This document shows positions 26,777 through 34,791 of a stretch of 64,000 nt of DNA, piece after piece. Source of the stretch: Oscillospiraceae bacterium. GTDB taxonomy: Bacteria > Bacillota > Clostridia > Oscillospirales > Ruminococcaceae. The position numbers were made by a program, and so were the translations under genes. Under the pieces are notes generated by a model that saw only the letters and a list, made by a program, of their open reading frames with translations, made no database searches and had not been told where the DNA came from. Numbering within the stretch: position 1 is the stretch's first letter; every line of letters begins with the position of its first letter. The stretch is taken from contig JAGOPP010000001.1 in the NCBI GenBank assembly GCA_017991935.1, positions 16,787 through 80,786 of the forward strand, given 5' to 3'.

Positions 26777-27757
26777 TTGAAAAAAACGACGTTTTTCCCG
26801 GAAGGGAACTTTTACAAAGGCAACATCCATTCGCACACCACTCGCTCCGACGGGCGGCTCTCCCCGGAGGCGGCGATCTCGGAGTACCGCGATCGCGGCT
26901 ACCACTTCCTGATCCTGACGGAGCACAACCGCTATACGGACCTCAAGGGATACGACTCCGACAACTTCATCCTGCTGCCCGGCATGGAGATCAACCCGCC
27001 GCCGGACATCCACGAGATTCGGGATTATCATTTCCTCTGTATCCCCGGCACCAAGGAGATGCGCGAGCGCGCCGCGCTGCCGCCCTATGAGCATGACCAT
27101 CTGCTCGATTTAAAGACGTTCCACAGCTACGAGGATCTTCAGGAGATGATCGACGACGCGTACCTGCGCGGCAACCTCGTCACAATCAACCATCCGTTCT
27201 GGTCGAAGGTGGAGTACGACGAGATCCTCCCGCTCAAGCACATCTTCGCGATGGAGGTCTTCAACTACTGCTCCTACGCGCTCGAGAACGTGGGCACCTC
27301 CTTCTCCCACTGGGACGCGGTGCTGCGAAACGGCATGCGGCTCTTTGGCACCGCCGTCGACGACAACCACAACTTCTATCCCTTTGAATCCGGCGGCAAC
27401 GACTCCTTCGGCGGCTGGATTACGGTGAAGGCGAAGAGCCTCTCGCAGGACGACCTGATGGAGGCGATCGCGGCCGGCAGCTTCTACGGCTCCGCGGGCC
27501 CGGAGATCTACGATTTCTATGTGGAGGACGGGACGATCCATTTCTCCTGCTCCCCGGTCTCGAGGATCTTTGTGAACGGCCAGCAGCGCGAGATCCGCGT
27601 GAAATGGCACGAGCCGGGCGACCCGCCGCTGACCGAGCTTGTCTGCCCGCTCTGGGGCGACTGCCGGTGGTGCGAGGCCGAAAAATACGTCCGTGTCGAG
27701 TGCGTCGACGAATTCGGCCGCAAGGCGTTCACAAACCCGATCTGGCTCGACGGCTGA
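26777..27757 (+). CDS. PHP-domain metal-dependent phosphoesterase (CehA/McbA-like)
   Basis: N-terminal GNIHSHTTRSDG plus ILTEHN and later His/Asp motifs typical of the PHP fold. TTG start after GAAAGGAA. Confidence 0.75.
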   Translation: MKKTTFFPEGNFYKGNIHSHTTRSDGRLSPEAAISEYRDRGYHFLILTEHNRYTDLKGYDSDNFILLPGMEINPPPDIHEIRDYHFLCIPGTKEMRERAALPPYEHDHLLDLKTFHSYEDLQEMIDDAYLRGNLVTINHPFWSKVEYDEILPLKHIFAMEVFNYCSYALENVGTSFSHWDAVLRNGMRLFGTAVDDNHNFYPFESGGNDSFGGWITVKAKSLSQDDLMEAIAAGSFYGSAGPEIYDFYVEDGTIHFSCSPVSRIFVNGQQREIRVKWHEPGDPPLTELVCPLWGDCRWCEAEKYVRVECVDEFGRKAFTNPIWLDG

Positions 27758-28026
27758 CCGCCCCGGCCCTGAAATCCCGGGAAAGCTCCGGCGGTCCCGG
27801 GCGCGCGTTTCCGCCCGGCGCGCGGAGAATCCCCCGCGGGACGGTAAAAAACCCAACCCGGCGGCCTCCGCCGCCGCAAAGCTCCGGCGCAACCCTGTTT
27901 TCTCTTCTTCAGATCCTCTTACCAAAACCGATCGGGCGCAAGGCCCTCAAAAGCCCTTCGCCCGATCGGAAGAGGGTCTGTTCTTTTACGTTTCCATCCG
28001 CAAAATTTGCCGAAAAGAGGAAAAGA

Positions 28027-28980
28027 ATGAACGACGCTGTGACCAAATGGTCCGACCAACTGGACGCGTTTCACATCGGTCTTATCTGCGGCGTGCTCGG
28101 GATCATCCCGCAGGAGATCGACGACATCTGCTCAAACCCCGGCCGGGGCATCAACAACGACACCTTCGTCATTACGGCGAAGGGCAAGACCTATCTCTAC
28201 CGCCTCCCGGGGAAAGGCACGGAGCTCTTTTGCGACCGGGACCGCGAATACGACGCCTACCTGCGCCTCAAGGACTACGCGATCACCGACGAGCTCGTCT
28301 ATTTCGAGCCGCGTCTCGGCGTCAAACTGTCCGTTTACTATCCCGGCAGCCACGTCGCGGATGTCGCAAACGACGGGGAGCTGCGCCTCTCGATGGAGCT
28401 GATTCGCCGCTTCCACGGCCTGCCGGTCGAGTTTCCGGTCGTCGACACGCCGTATATGCGCCTCGAGCGCTATAATCGGATCGCCGAGGAATCCGCCGGA
28501 AAAGAGCATTACCCGGAGGGCTTTCCGGAATTTTTGCGGGAGGTGCTGGAGTTCGAGCCCACGCTGGACCGCTTCTCCCAGGAGCTTTGCCCCTGCCACG
28601 GGGACTGCCTGCCGAACAACGTGCTCTTCCCCTCGGGCAGGCCGGAGCCGATCCTGATCGACTTTGAGTTCCCGGCCATGAGCGACCCCTACGGGGACCT
28701 CGCGGCTTTCTGCCACGACGGCGAGCTCCCGGAGGACGCCTGCCTGCGGTGCCTCGATTATTACCTCGGCCGCCCGGCCGGGGACCTCGAGAAGTTCAAG
28801 CTTTTCGGCTATATCGCGGTCGTCGCGGCGATGTGGTGCTGCTGGGCCTCCTACAAAGCCGCGGTGGAGAAAAACGTCGAATTTTACGACGGATATTCGC
28901 TGATGTCCTACCGCTACGCGAAATTCGGGATGGGGCTCGCGGCGGGATTTCTGCCCGGCGCGGAAAAAGAGCTCGGATAA
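28027..28980 (+). CDS. phosphotransferase-family protein (choline/aminoglycoside kinase fold)
   Basis: Brenner-type catalytic loop CHGDCLPNNVLF and Mg site IDFEF. ATG at 28027 follows AGAGGAAAAG. The upstream part of ORF 27604..28980 is non-coding-like. Confidence 0.75.
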   Translation: MNDAVTKWSDQLDAFHIGLICGVLGIIPQEIDDICSNPGRGINNDTFVITAKGKTYLYRLPGKGTELFCDRDREYDAYLRLKDYAITDELVYFEPRLGVKLSVYYPGSHVADVANDGELRLSMELIRRFHGLPVEFPVVDTPYMRLERYNRIAEESAGKEHYPEGFPEFLREVLEFEPTLDRFSQELCPCHGDCLPNNVLFPSGRPEPILIDFEFPAMSDPYGDLAAFCHDGELPEDACLRCLDYYLGRPAGDLEKFKLFGYIAVVAAMWCCWASYKAAVEKNVEFYDGYSLMSYRYAKFGMGLAAGFLPGAEKELG

Positions 28981-29002
28981 GTGAAAAAATAAACAAAATG
29001 AA

Positions 29003-29040
29003 AGCCCCGGGGCCGTCGAACGCTCCGGGGCTATTATTTT
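29003..29040 (+). terminator. terminator hairpin between convergent genes
   Basis: Stem agccccgg/ccggggct followed by a T-rich tract. Confidence 0.55.
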
Positions 29041-29217
29041 ACGGGAAAAAACGCCGCGCTCTTGGGAGAAACTCCGGGGCGGGGGAGGCGAGTGCAATAT
29101 CATCTCTGTCACGGAAATCCACGCAAAGGAACTCCGGGAGCGGCGACGCGGGAGATTTTCGCCGCCTTTCCCTTTCCGGAAATTTTATGCGTCCCGCGCG
29201 CTGTCCCGATCGCCTAT

Positions 29218-30603
29218 TTATAACCGGAAGAGCAGCTTCTTGAAGCCCTTTGCGGAGAAGGGGATGATCGGCCAGAAATATCCCTTGGTGCCGGGGCTTT
29301 TTGTGGAGAGGATGAGGAAGAGCGTGACCGCCATCCCGGCCGCGAACCCCCATGCGCCGAAGAGCGCCGTCAGGATGACGGAGAGGATCCGCATATATTT
29401 GATCGCGTAGCCGAGCTCGTAGCCCGGCTGGCTGTAGTTCGCCATCGCGACGAACGACATATAGAGCAGCGTGTCGGAGCAAAACCAGCCGGAGTCCACC
29501 GCGAAGTTTCCAAAGACGATCGCCCCGATGATGCTGAAGGAGGTGGTCAGCGTCTCCGGCGTGCTCAGCGAGGAGAGCTTGAGGCCATCAATGATAAATT
29601 CGAGAATTAGGAGCTGGATCGCCGGGTGCAGATACGGCGTCTCGTCGAGCAGGATGAAATGAAACATCTGCGGCACATTTTGCGGATACCGCAGCGCGAG
29701 CAGCCACAGCGGCGTCATCACCAGCGTCAGCAGCATGACGAAAAGCCGCGTCATCCGCAGGTAGGCGCCGGTCATCGGTGGGAAATAATAGTCGTTCGCG
29801 TCCTCGGAGATCGCAAAGAGCGTCGCCGGCAGGATGATCGCGGACGGGGAGTTGTCCACCAGAATGGCGAGATCGCCCTCAAGGATCTGCGCGGAGGCGG
29901 TGTCCGGCCGCTCGGTGAATTTATACTTCGGAAACGGGTTCCACCGCGTTTTTCCGGTGAGCAGGGAGGTCATGCTCTCCTGATTCATGGTCAGGGAGTC
30001 CAGATCGGAGCTCTTGATCCGGCGGCGCACGTCCTCGAGCAGCTTGGGGTCGGCGCGCCCCTCCATCCAGCAGAGCGCGAGGTCCGTCTTTGAGCACCGG
30101 CCCGCCGTCAGGTACTCGACGCGGAGGCGCGGGTCCCGAATCCGCCGCCGGATCAGCGCGCAGTTGAGCACCATCGTCTCAGTGAAGCCGTCCCTCGAGC
30201 CGCGCAGCACCTTGTCCCGCGCGGGCTCCGAAGTGGCGCGCTGCGGGTATTCCCGCAGATCCATCACGACGGCCTCGGCGAATTCGTCGACCAGCACGAC
30301 CGTGAGGCCGCTGAGCACGGCGGTGATGATCGCGTCCTCCTCCTGCTCGAGCACGGCCGCGCAGTGCGGGACGCAGCTCGCCATAAAGTCCTGCGTGTCC
30401 GTCACGTCCTTCGGCCGGAGCTTGAGCAGGGAATCCACGATTCGCTCCAAGATGTTGTCTTTCGTGAGCCCGGTCACAAAATAGAGGACCGCGTCCCGCC
30501 CGCCGATCAGGAGATCCCGCTCCTGTAAATCAAAGTTATGTTTCCTGTCAAAAACGGCGGCGAAACGCCGCTTTTCTTCTTTCAAATTTCCGGATATCCG
30601 CAT
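29218..30603 (-). CDS. spore germination protein, GerA family A subunit
   Basis: The block PFPKYKFTERPDTASAQILEGDLAILVDNSPSAIILPATLF is the conserved GerAA/GerKA core. Followed by a C-terminal multi-TM region. Confidence 0.88.
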   Translation of the reverse strand: MRISGNLKEEKRRFAAVFDRKHNFDLQERDLLIGGRDAVLYFVTGLTKDNILERIVDSLLKLRPKDVTDTQDFMASCVPHCAAVLEQEEDAIITAVLSGLTVVLVDEFAEAVVMDLREYPQRATSEPARDKVLRGSRDGFTETMVLNCALIRRRIRDPRLRVEYLTAGRCSKTDLALCWMEGRADPKLLEDVRRRIKSSDLDSLTMNQESMTSLLTGKTRWNPFPKYKFTERPDTASAQILEGDLAILVDNSPSAIILPATLFAISEDANDYYFPPMTGAYLRMTRLFVMLLTLVMTPLWLLALRYPQNVPQMFHFILLDETPYLHPAIQLLILEFIIDGLKLSSLSTPETLTTSFSIIGAIVFGNFAVDSGWFCSDTLLYMSFVAMANYSQPGYELGYAIKYMRILSVILTALFGAWGFAAGMAVTLFLILSTKSPGTKGYFWPIIPFSAKGFKKLLFRL

Positions 30604-30608
30604 TGCAA

Positions 30609-30649
30609 AAACCGCCCTTTCAGGAATATTCTGCCTGAAAGGGCGGTTT
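30609..30649 (-). terminator. rho-independent terminator downstream of the GH13 gene and its repeat copies
   Basis: 16-bp stem aaaccgccctttcagg/cctgaaagggcggttt with a U-run on the minus strand. Confidence 0.8.
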
Positions 30650-30655
30650 CTTATT

Positions 30656-30895
30656 CATCGAATCAGGACGGCGGCCTCCTCCGGCCCAAGCAGCCCGTTT
30701 TCCGCCCGGCCGAAGAACGGCACCGGTGAACAGGTCATCGGATCAGGACGGCGGCCTCCTCCGGCCCAAGCAGCCCGTTTTCCGCCCGGCCAAAGAGCGG
30801 CACCGGCGAACAGGTCATCGGATCAGGGCGGCGGCCTCCTCCGGCCCAAGCTCCCCGTTTTCCGCCCGGCCAAAGAGCGGCTCCGCCTCGCGCCA
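30656..30895. repeat. 80-bp tandem repeat, 3 copies; the innermost copy is the 3' end of the GH13 gene
   Basis: catcg(a/g)atcagg occurs at 30656, 30736 and 30816. Each copy carries the stop codon and about 25 C-terminal codons (...GPEEAA(A/V)LIR*). Confidence 0.9.
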
Positions 30896-32617
30896 ATCGG
30901 GCGGTAGGGGCTGCGGCTCCGTCCCGCGGTTCAGCATCGTGAGCAAAAGGTGCCCGCCCGCCTCCCTTTGAAACGCGAGCGCACCCTCGTCCGCCCGCAG
31001 CAGGAGAAAGCCGCCCCGCATCAGCGCGGCGTGCTCCTTCCGCAGCTTTCCGAGCTGCCGGACCGCCTCGCGAAGCTCCGCGTCCTCGCTCCCCCACGGG
31101 TAGCAGCAGCGGCAGAAGGGGTCGCCGTAGCCGTACATGCCCGCCTCGTCGCCGTAATAGACGCAGGGCGTCCCCGGCAGGGTGAACATGGCGGCGAAGG
31201 CCTCCGTGAGCAGGCGCTTCCCACGAGCGTACTGCTCCGGCGAGGGGACGTGGCGCGCCGCCTGCCATGCCCGGTCATGGTCCTCCGCGGGTTCGCAGCC
31301 GAGGAAGGTCAGCGCGCGCTCCGTGTCGTGGGTCGAGAGCAGATTCCAGCTCAGGGCGAGGGAGGGGGCCGGGTAATTTTCATATAAATCCAAAAGCGTC
31401 TCGCGAAGCGGCGTCCCATCCCTGAGCCAGCAAAGCAGCGCCGTCCGGGCGGGGTAATTCATCACGCCGTCGAGCTCGCCGCCCAGCAGATAGCGCCGGC
31501 GCTTTCCGTAGGCGATCTTGTTGGAGGCGTCCTCCCAGACTTCTCCGATCAGGGCCGCGCCGGGCTTCCGGTGCACGGCGGCCGAGATCTCCCGGAGGAA
31601 TCCCTCGTCCAGCTCGTCGGCCACGTCGAGCCGGAAACCGTCCGCGCCGAGGCCCAGCCATTTTTCGATGACGCCGCCCGGCCCGCAGAGCAGCTCCCGG
31701 AAGCTCTCGTTTGTCCCGTCCGCCGCCGGCAGGTCCGGGAAGTCCCACCACGCCCGGTAGCCGCAGGGATAGTCCCCGAAGGCGTACCAGCCGTGATAGG
31801 GGCTCGCGGGATCGGAGGCGGGCGGGCCGGGATACCGCCCCTTCGCGTTGAAGTAGACGCTGTCGCTGCCGGTGTGGTTCCAGACGCCGTCCAGAATGAC
31901 CTTCATCCCAAGCCGGTGCGCTTTTTCGCATAATAGCGCGAAATCCGTCTCCGTTCCAAGAAGCGGGTCGATCTTTGTATAATCCGCAGTATTATATCTG
32001 TGATTAGAGTGCGCCTCAAAAATCGGGTTCAGATAGAGCTCGGTGACCGAGAGCGACGCGAGATATTCGAGTTTCTCCATGATGCCGCCGAGGTTTCCGC
32101 CGAAGTAGTCCTTGCAGAAGTCGCCGTTTTCGTCCGGCTCCCATTCCGGCAGTTCGGAGCGGTCCGCATGGAAGCGCCGGTCGGGGTACGGGCACGGGCG
32201 GCGCTCCCCGGCCTCAAAAAAACGGTCGGGGAAGATCTGATAGACCGTCCCGCCGAAGCCCTCCGGGACGGGCGCGCCCGCGTCGTAGACCGTGAGCTGG
32301 TAGTGCGCGGAGAGATCGATCACCGCGGCGGCGTCCTCGCCCCTGCGGTAGACGGCGCCGTCGTAGAGGAAGTCGTAAAACAGCAGCTCCGGCGCCTCGG
32401 GCGTAAATTTTACCGAAAAGGCGCCGTCCTCCGGGCGCATCGCGAGCTCAAAGGCCGGGGTGTCCCAGAGGTCGGCGCGGAAGATCCGCAAAACGGGAAA
32501 AACCCCCGGGGCGGGCTCCTCCGCGCGGACGCGGAACGTGATTTCCGCGCCGGCCGGGACCGCGCCGAAGGGAGTTTTATAAAAAAGATCGCGGCTGTTG
32601 TAAATCAGACGGCTCAT
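30815..32617 (-). CDS. glycoside hydrolase family 13 alpha-glucosidase/neopullulanase-like enzyme
   Basis: GH13 regions I-IV: DGVWNHTG, GFRLDVADEL, IGEVWE, LLSTHDTER. N-terminal amylase N-domain. Confidence 0.9.
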   Translation of the reverse strand: MSRLIYNSRDLFYKTPFGAVPAGAEITFRVRAEEPAPGVFPVLRIFRADLWDTPAFELAMRPEDGAFSVKFTPEAPELLFYDFLYDGAVYRRGEDAAAVIDLSAHYQLTVYDAGAPVPEGFGGTVYQIFPDRFFEAGERRPCPYPDRRFHADRSELPEWEPDENGDFCKDYFGGNLGGIMEKLEYLASLSVTELYLNPIFEAHSNHRYNTADYTKIDPLLGTETDFALLCEKAHRLGMKVILDGVWNHTGSDSVYFNAKGRYPGPPASDPASPYHGWYAFGDYPCGYRAWWDFPDLPAADGTNESFRELLCGPGGVIEKWLGLGADGFRLDVADELDEGFLREISAAVHRKPGAALIGEVWEDASNKIAYGKRRRYLLGGELDGVMNYPARTALLCWLRDGTPLRETLLDLYENYPAPSLALSWNLLSTHDTERALTFLGCEPAEDHDRAWQAARHVPSPEQYARGKRLLTEAFAAMFTLPGTPCVYYGDEAGMYGYGDPFCRCCYPWGSEDAELREAVRQLGKLRKEHAALMRGGFLLLRADEGALAFQREAGGHLLLTMLNRGTEPQPLPPDWREAEPLFGRAENGELGPEEAAALIR

Positions 32618-32624
32618 AATTTCC

Positions 32625-33488
32625 TCATAAAGTGCGATAATTTCCGGAGGCGTTCATCTGCGAAAGGGCGGGCAGGACGCTCTCGAACATCACGCCGTAG
32701 CGGATGTCGGAGCCGTAGCTGAAGGTCGTCTTGACGCAGAGCTCCACGAAGCCCGCGGCCCTGCTCATGGCGATCGGCAGGCTCGCGCCGCCGAGCAGCG
32801 CGCCGGTCAGCACGGAGGCGAAGATGTCCCCGCAGCCCGGGTAGGCGACCGGCACGTAGTCGCAGGGCACAAACCAGAAGGAGCCGTTCCCGCGGTCGTA
32901 GCCGAGGTTCGCGATCTCGCCGGTGGCGAGTTCCGCGCCCGTGACGACAACGCAGTTCGGCCCGAGCTCGGAGAGCTTCACGAGCAGGCTTCTCGCGGCG
33001 GCGTGGGTCAGCGGCTCGTAGGTGTAACCTTTTTTAAGCAGGATGGCGGCCTCGGTCAGGTTGGGCGTGATCACGTCGGCCACCGCGGCGAGTTCGGCCA
33101 TGCGGGTCTGCATCTCGGGCGTGCAGGTGCGGTAGGGCCTGCCGTTGTCGCCCATCACCGGGTCGACGATTTTGAGCGCGCCGGGATAGGAGCGGAAAAA
33201 CGAAAGGCAGGCGTCGACCTGCGCGCTGCCGCCGAGAAAGCCGCTGTAAACGGCCTCAAAAGCGACGCCCAGCTCTTTATAATGGGCGAGCGCGGGCTCG
33301 ATATAGTCCGTGAGGTCGCGAAAGACCACCTCGCCGAGGCCGCCCGTATGCGTGGAGAGCACGGCGGTCGGCACCGGGCAGACCTGAACGCCCATCACCG
33401 AAAGCACCGGCAGGATCACGGAGAGGGAGCATCTGCCGAAGCCGGAGAGATCGTGGATGGCGGCGACGCGCTGCGGCCTTTTTTCCAT
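32625..33488 (-). CDS. pdxK: pyridoxal/pyridoxamine kinase (PfkB superfamily)
   Basis: RVAAIHDLSGFGRCSL N-terminus and the C-terminal GCGDIFASVLTGALL anion-hole motif. ATG at 33488 follows a GGAGCG RBS. Confidence 0.85.
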   Translation of the reverse strand: MEKRPQRVAAIHDLSGFGRCSLSVILPVLSVMGVQVCPVPTAVLSTHTGGLGEVVFRDLTDYIEPALAHYKELGVAFEAVYSGFLGGSAQVDACLSFFRSYPGALKIVDPVMGDNGRPYRTCTPEMQTRMAELAAVADVITPNLTEAAILLKKGYTYEPLTHAAARSLLVKLSELGPNCVVVTGAELATGEIANLGYDRGNGSFWFVPCDYVPVAYPGCGDIFASVLTGALLGGASLPIAMSRAAGFVELCVKTTFSYGSDIRYGVMFESVLPALSQMNASGNYRTL

Positions 33489-33621
33489 AAAAATCACGCT
33501 CCATTTTTCCAGAAAAAATATTTCAAATAAAATTGGTTTTCCCGGAAACGGATTCCGGGAATCTTCGGTTCTTCGGCGGGGAAACTAAGTTCAAACGAAT
33601 GAAATCGGAGGGATAAACAAA

Positions 33622-33804
33622 ATGGCAATGAACAGAAATATGGCGGCGATTTTTTCCGGCGTCGCGGCCGCGACGGCGATCGGCACCGCGATCTATGCGA
33701 TGAGCGGGAACTCGCGGAATGTCCGCAAGCTTCGCCGCAGCGCGCGCAGGACGATGAGCGCGGTCGGCAGCATTGTGGACGGCGTCTCCGCCATCATGCA
33801 CTGA
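33622..33804 (+). CDS. small hypothetical membrane protein (60 aa)
   Basis: GGAGGG RBS, GC-rich third codon positions, and one hydrophobic helix followed by a basic stretch. No recognised family. Confidence 0.45.
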   Translation: MAMNRNMAAIFSGVAAATAIGTAIYAMSGNSRNVRKLRRSARRTMSAVGSIVDGVSAIMH

Positions 33805-33916
33805 TCTCATCCATCGGGGGCGGGGCCGCGGCCCGGCGGACAGACGCCCGCGGCGGCCCCCGTTACTTATCGGGCGAAGGAAGCGCTCTTTCGGCCGCCG
33901 GTTTTGGGGAAGCCGC

Positions 33917-34501
33917 TCAGTTCAGCTCGTCGAGGGTGAGGCCGTAGCTCGGCAAAAATTCCGCCACAAAGGCGTCCGCCTCGGGCAGGCGCATGTCGGC
34001 GACGGCCTTCCCGATACTTAGTTTCGCGCGGGAGAATTCCTTGTTCCCGGCGTTTTCCTCCTCCACGCATTTGATCAGCGCGGAGATTTTGTCGGCGGCT
34101 TTGAGGAGCTTGCGCAGCTCCGGGTCCTCGCCGGAGGGGTCGAGCAGGGGCAAATAGTCGCCGCGCAGGTCCTCCGGCAGCATCTCCGCGAGCCGGTGGG
34201 CCGCGAAAGATTCCACGTCTTGGTATGCCCGGCGGATCTCCGGGTTAAAATATTTGATCGGAGTAGGCATGTCGCCGGTGAGGATCTCGCCGCAGTCGTG
34301 ATAGATGGCGAGCAGCACCAGCCGCCCGACGTCGCAGTTCCCGCCGAAGCGGCGGTTGCGCAAAAGGCCGAGCGCGTGCGCGACGACGGCGGTGTCCAGC
34401 GTGTGCACGGAGAGGGATTCGGGCTGGGAATTCCGCATCAGCGGCCAGCGGAAGATGTGCTTCATTCGAGAAAGATAGGCGTAGAATCTACTATCGGCCA
34501 T
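33917..34501 (-). CDS. HD-domain 5'-deoxynucleotidase (YfbR-like)
   Basis: HSLSVHTL...YHDCGEILTGDMPTPIKY matches the YfbR HD motif region. Confidence 0.85.
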   Translation of the reverse strand: MADSRFYAYLSRMKHIFRWPLMRNSQPESLSVHTLDTAVVAHALGLLRNRRFGGNCDVGRLVLLAIYHDCGEILTGDMPTPIKYFNPEIRRAYQDVESFAAHRLAEMLPEDLRGDYLPLLDPSGEDPELRKLLKAADKISALIKCVEEENAGNKEFSRAKLSIGKAVADMRLPEADAFVAEFLPSYGLTLDELN

Positions 34502-34791
34502 TTTTCATCCCTCCATGCAGGAAAATCGGCTCCCGCCGGCACTTAATCCATGGAACGCGCGGTTCCAAACAATCAAAAAACGCCCGTCGGAGCCACCACC
34601 GGCGAAAGCTGTCCCTGTTATTATACGACAAAATGCCGGAAATGAACAGCGGTTTTCACAGCTTTCGTCCTCCGCGGGCGTTTTGCGTGCAAAACGTTTT
34701 TTCGCGCGCCGGCCTTTTCATTTGGCGCGTTTTGTTATACAATAAATAATGAGAAATTCTGCAATTGCACGAGACAGGAAAGGACAGAACT

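Noticed and set aside
27604-28026. N-terminal 141-codon extension of the kinase-fold ORF, and similar extensions of ORFs 22258, 34765, 38487, 56602, 61496 and 8459..9454
   Set aside because: The extensions are R/P/G-rich, lack RBSs and cross terminator-like hairpins. In each case an internal ATG with a good Shine-Dalgarno sequence coincides with the start of the homologous region.
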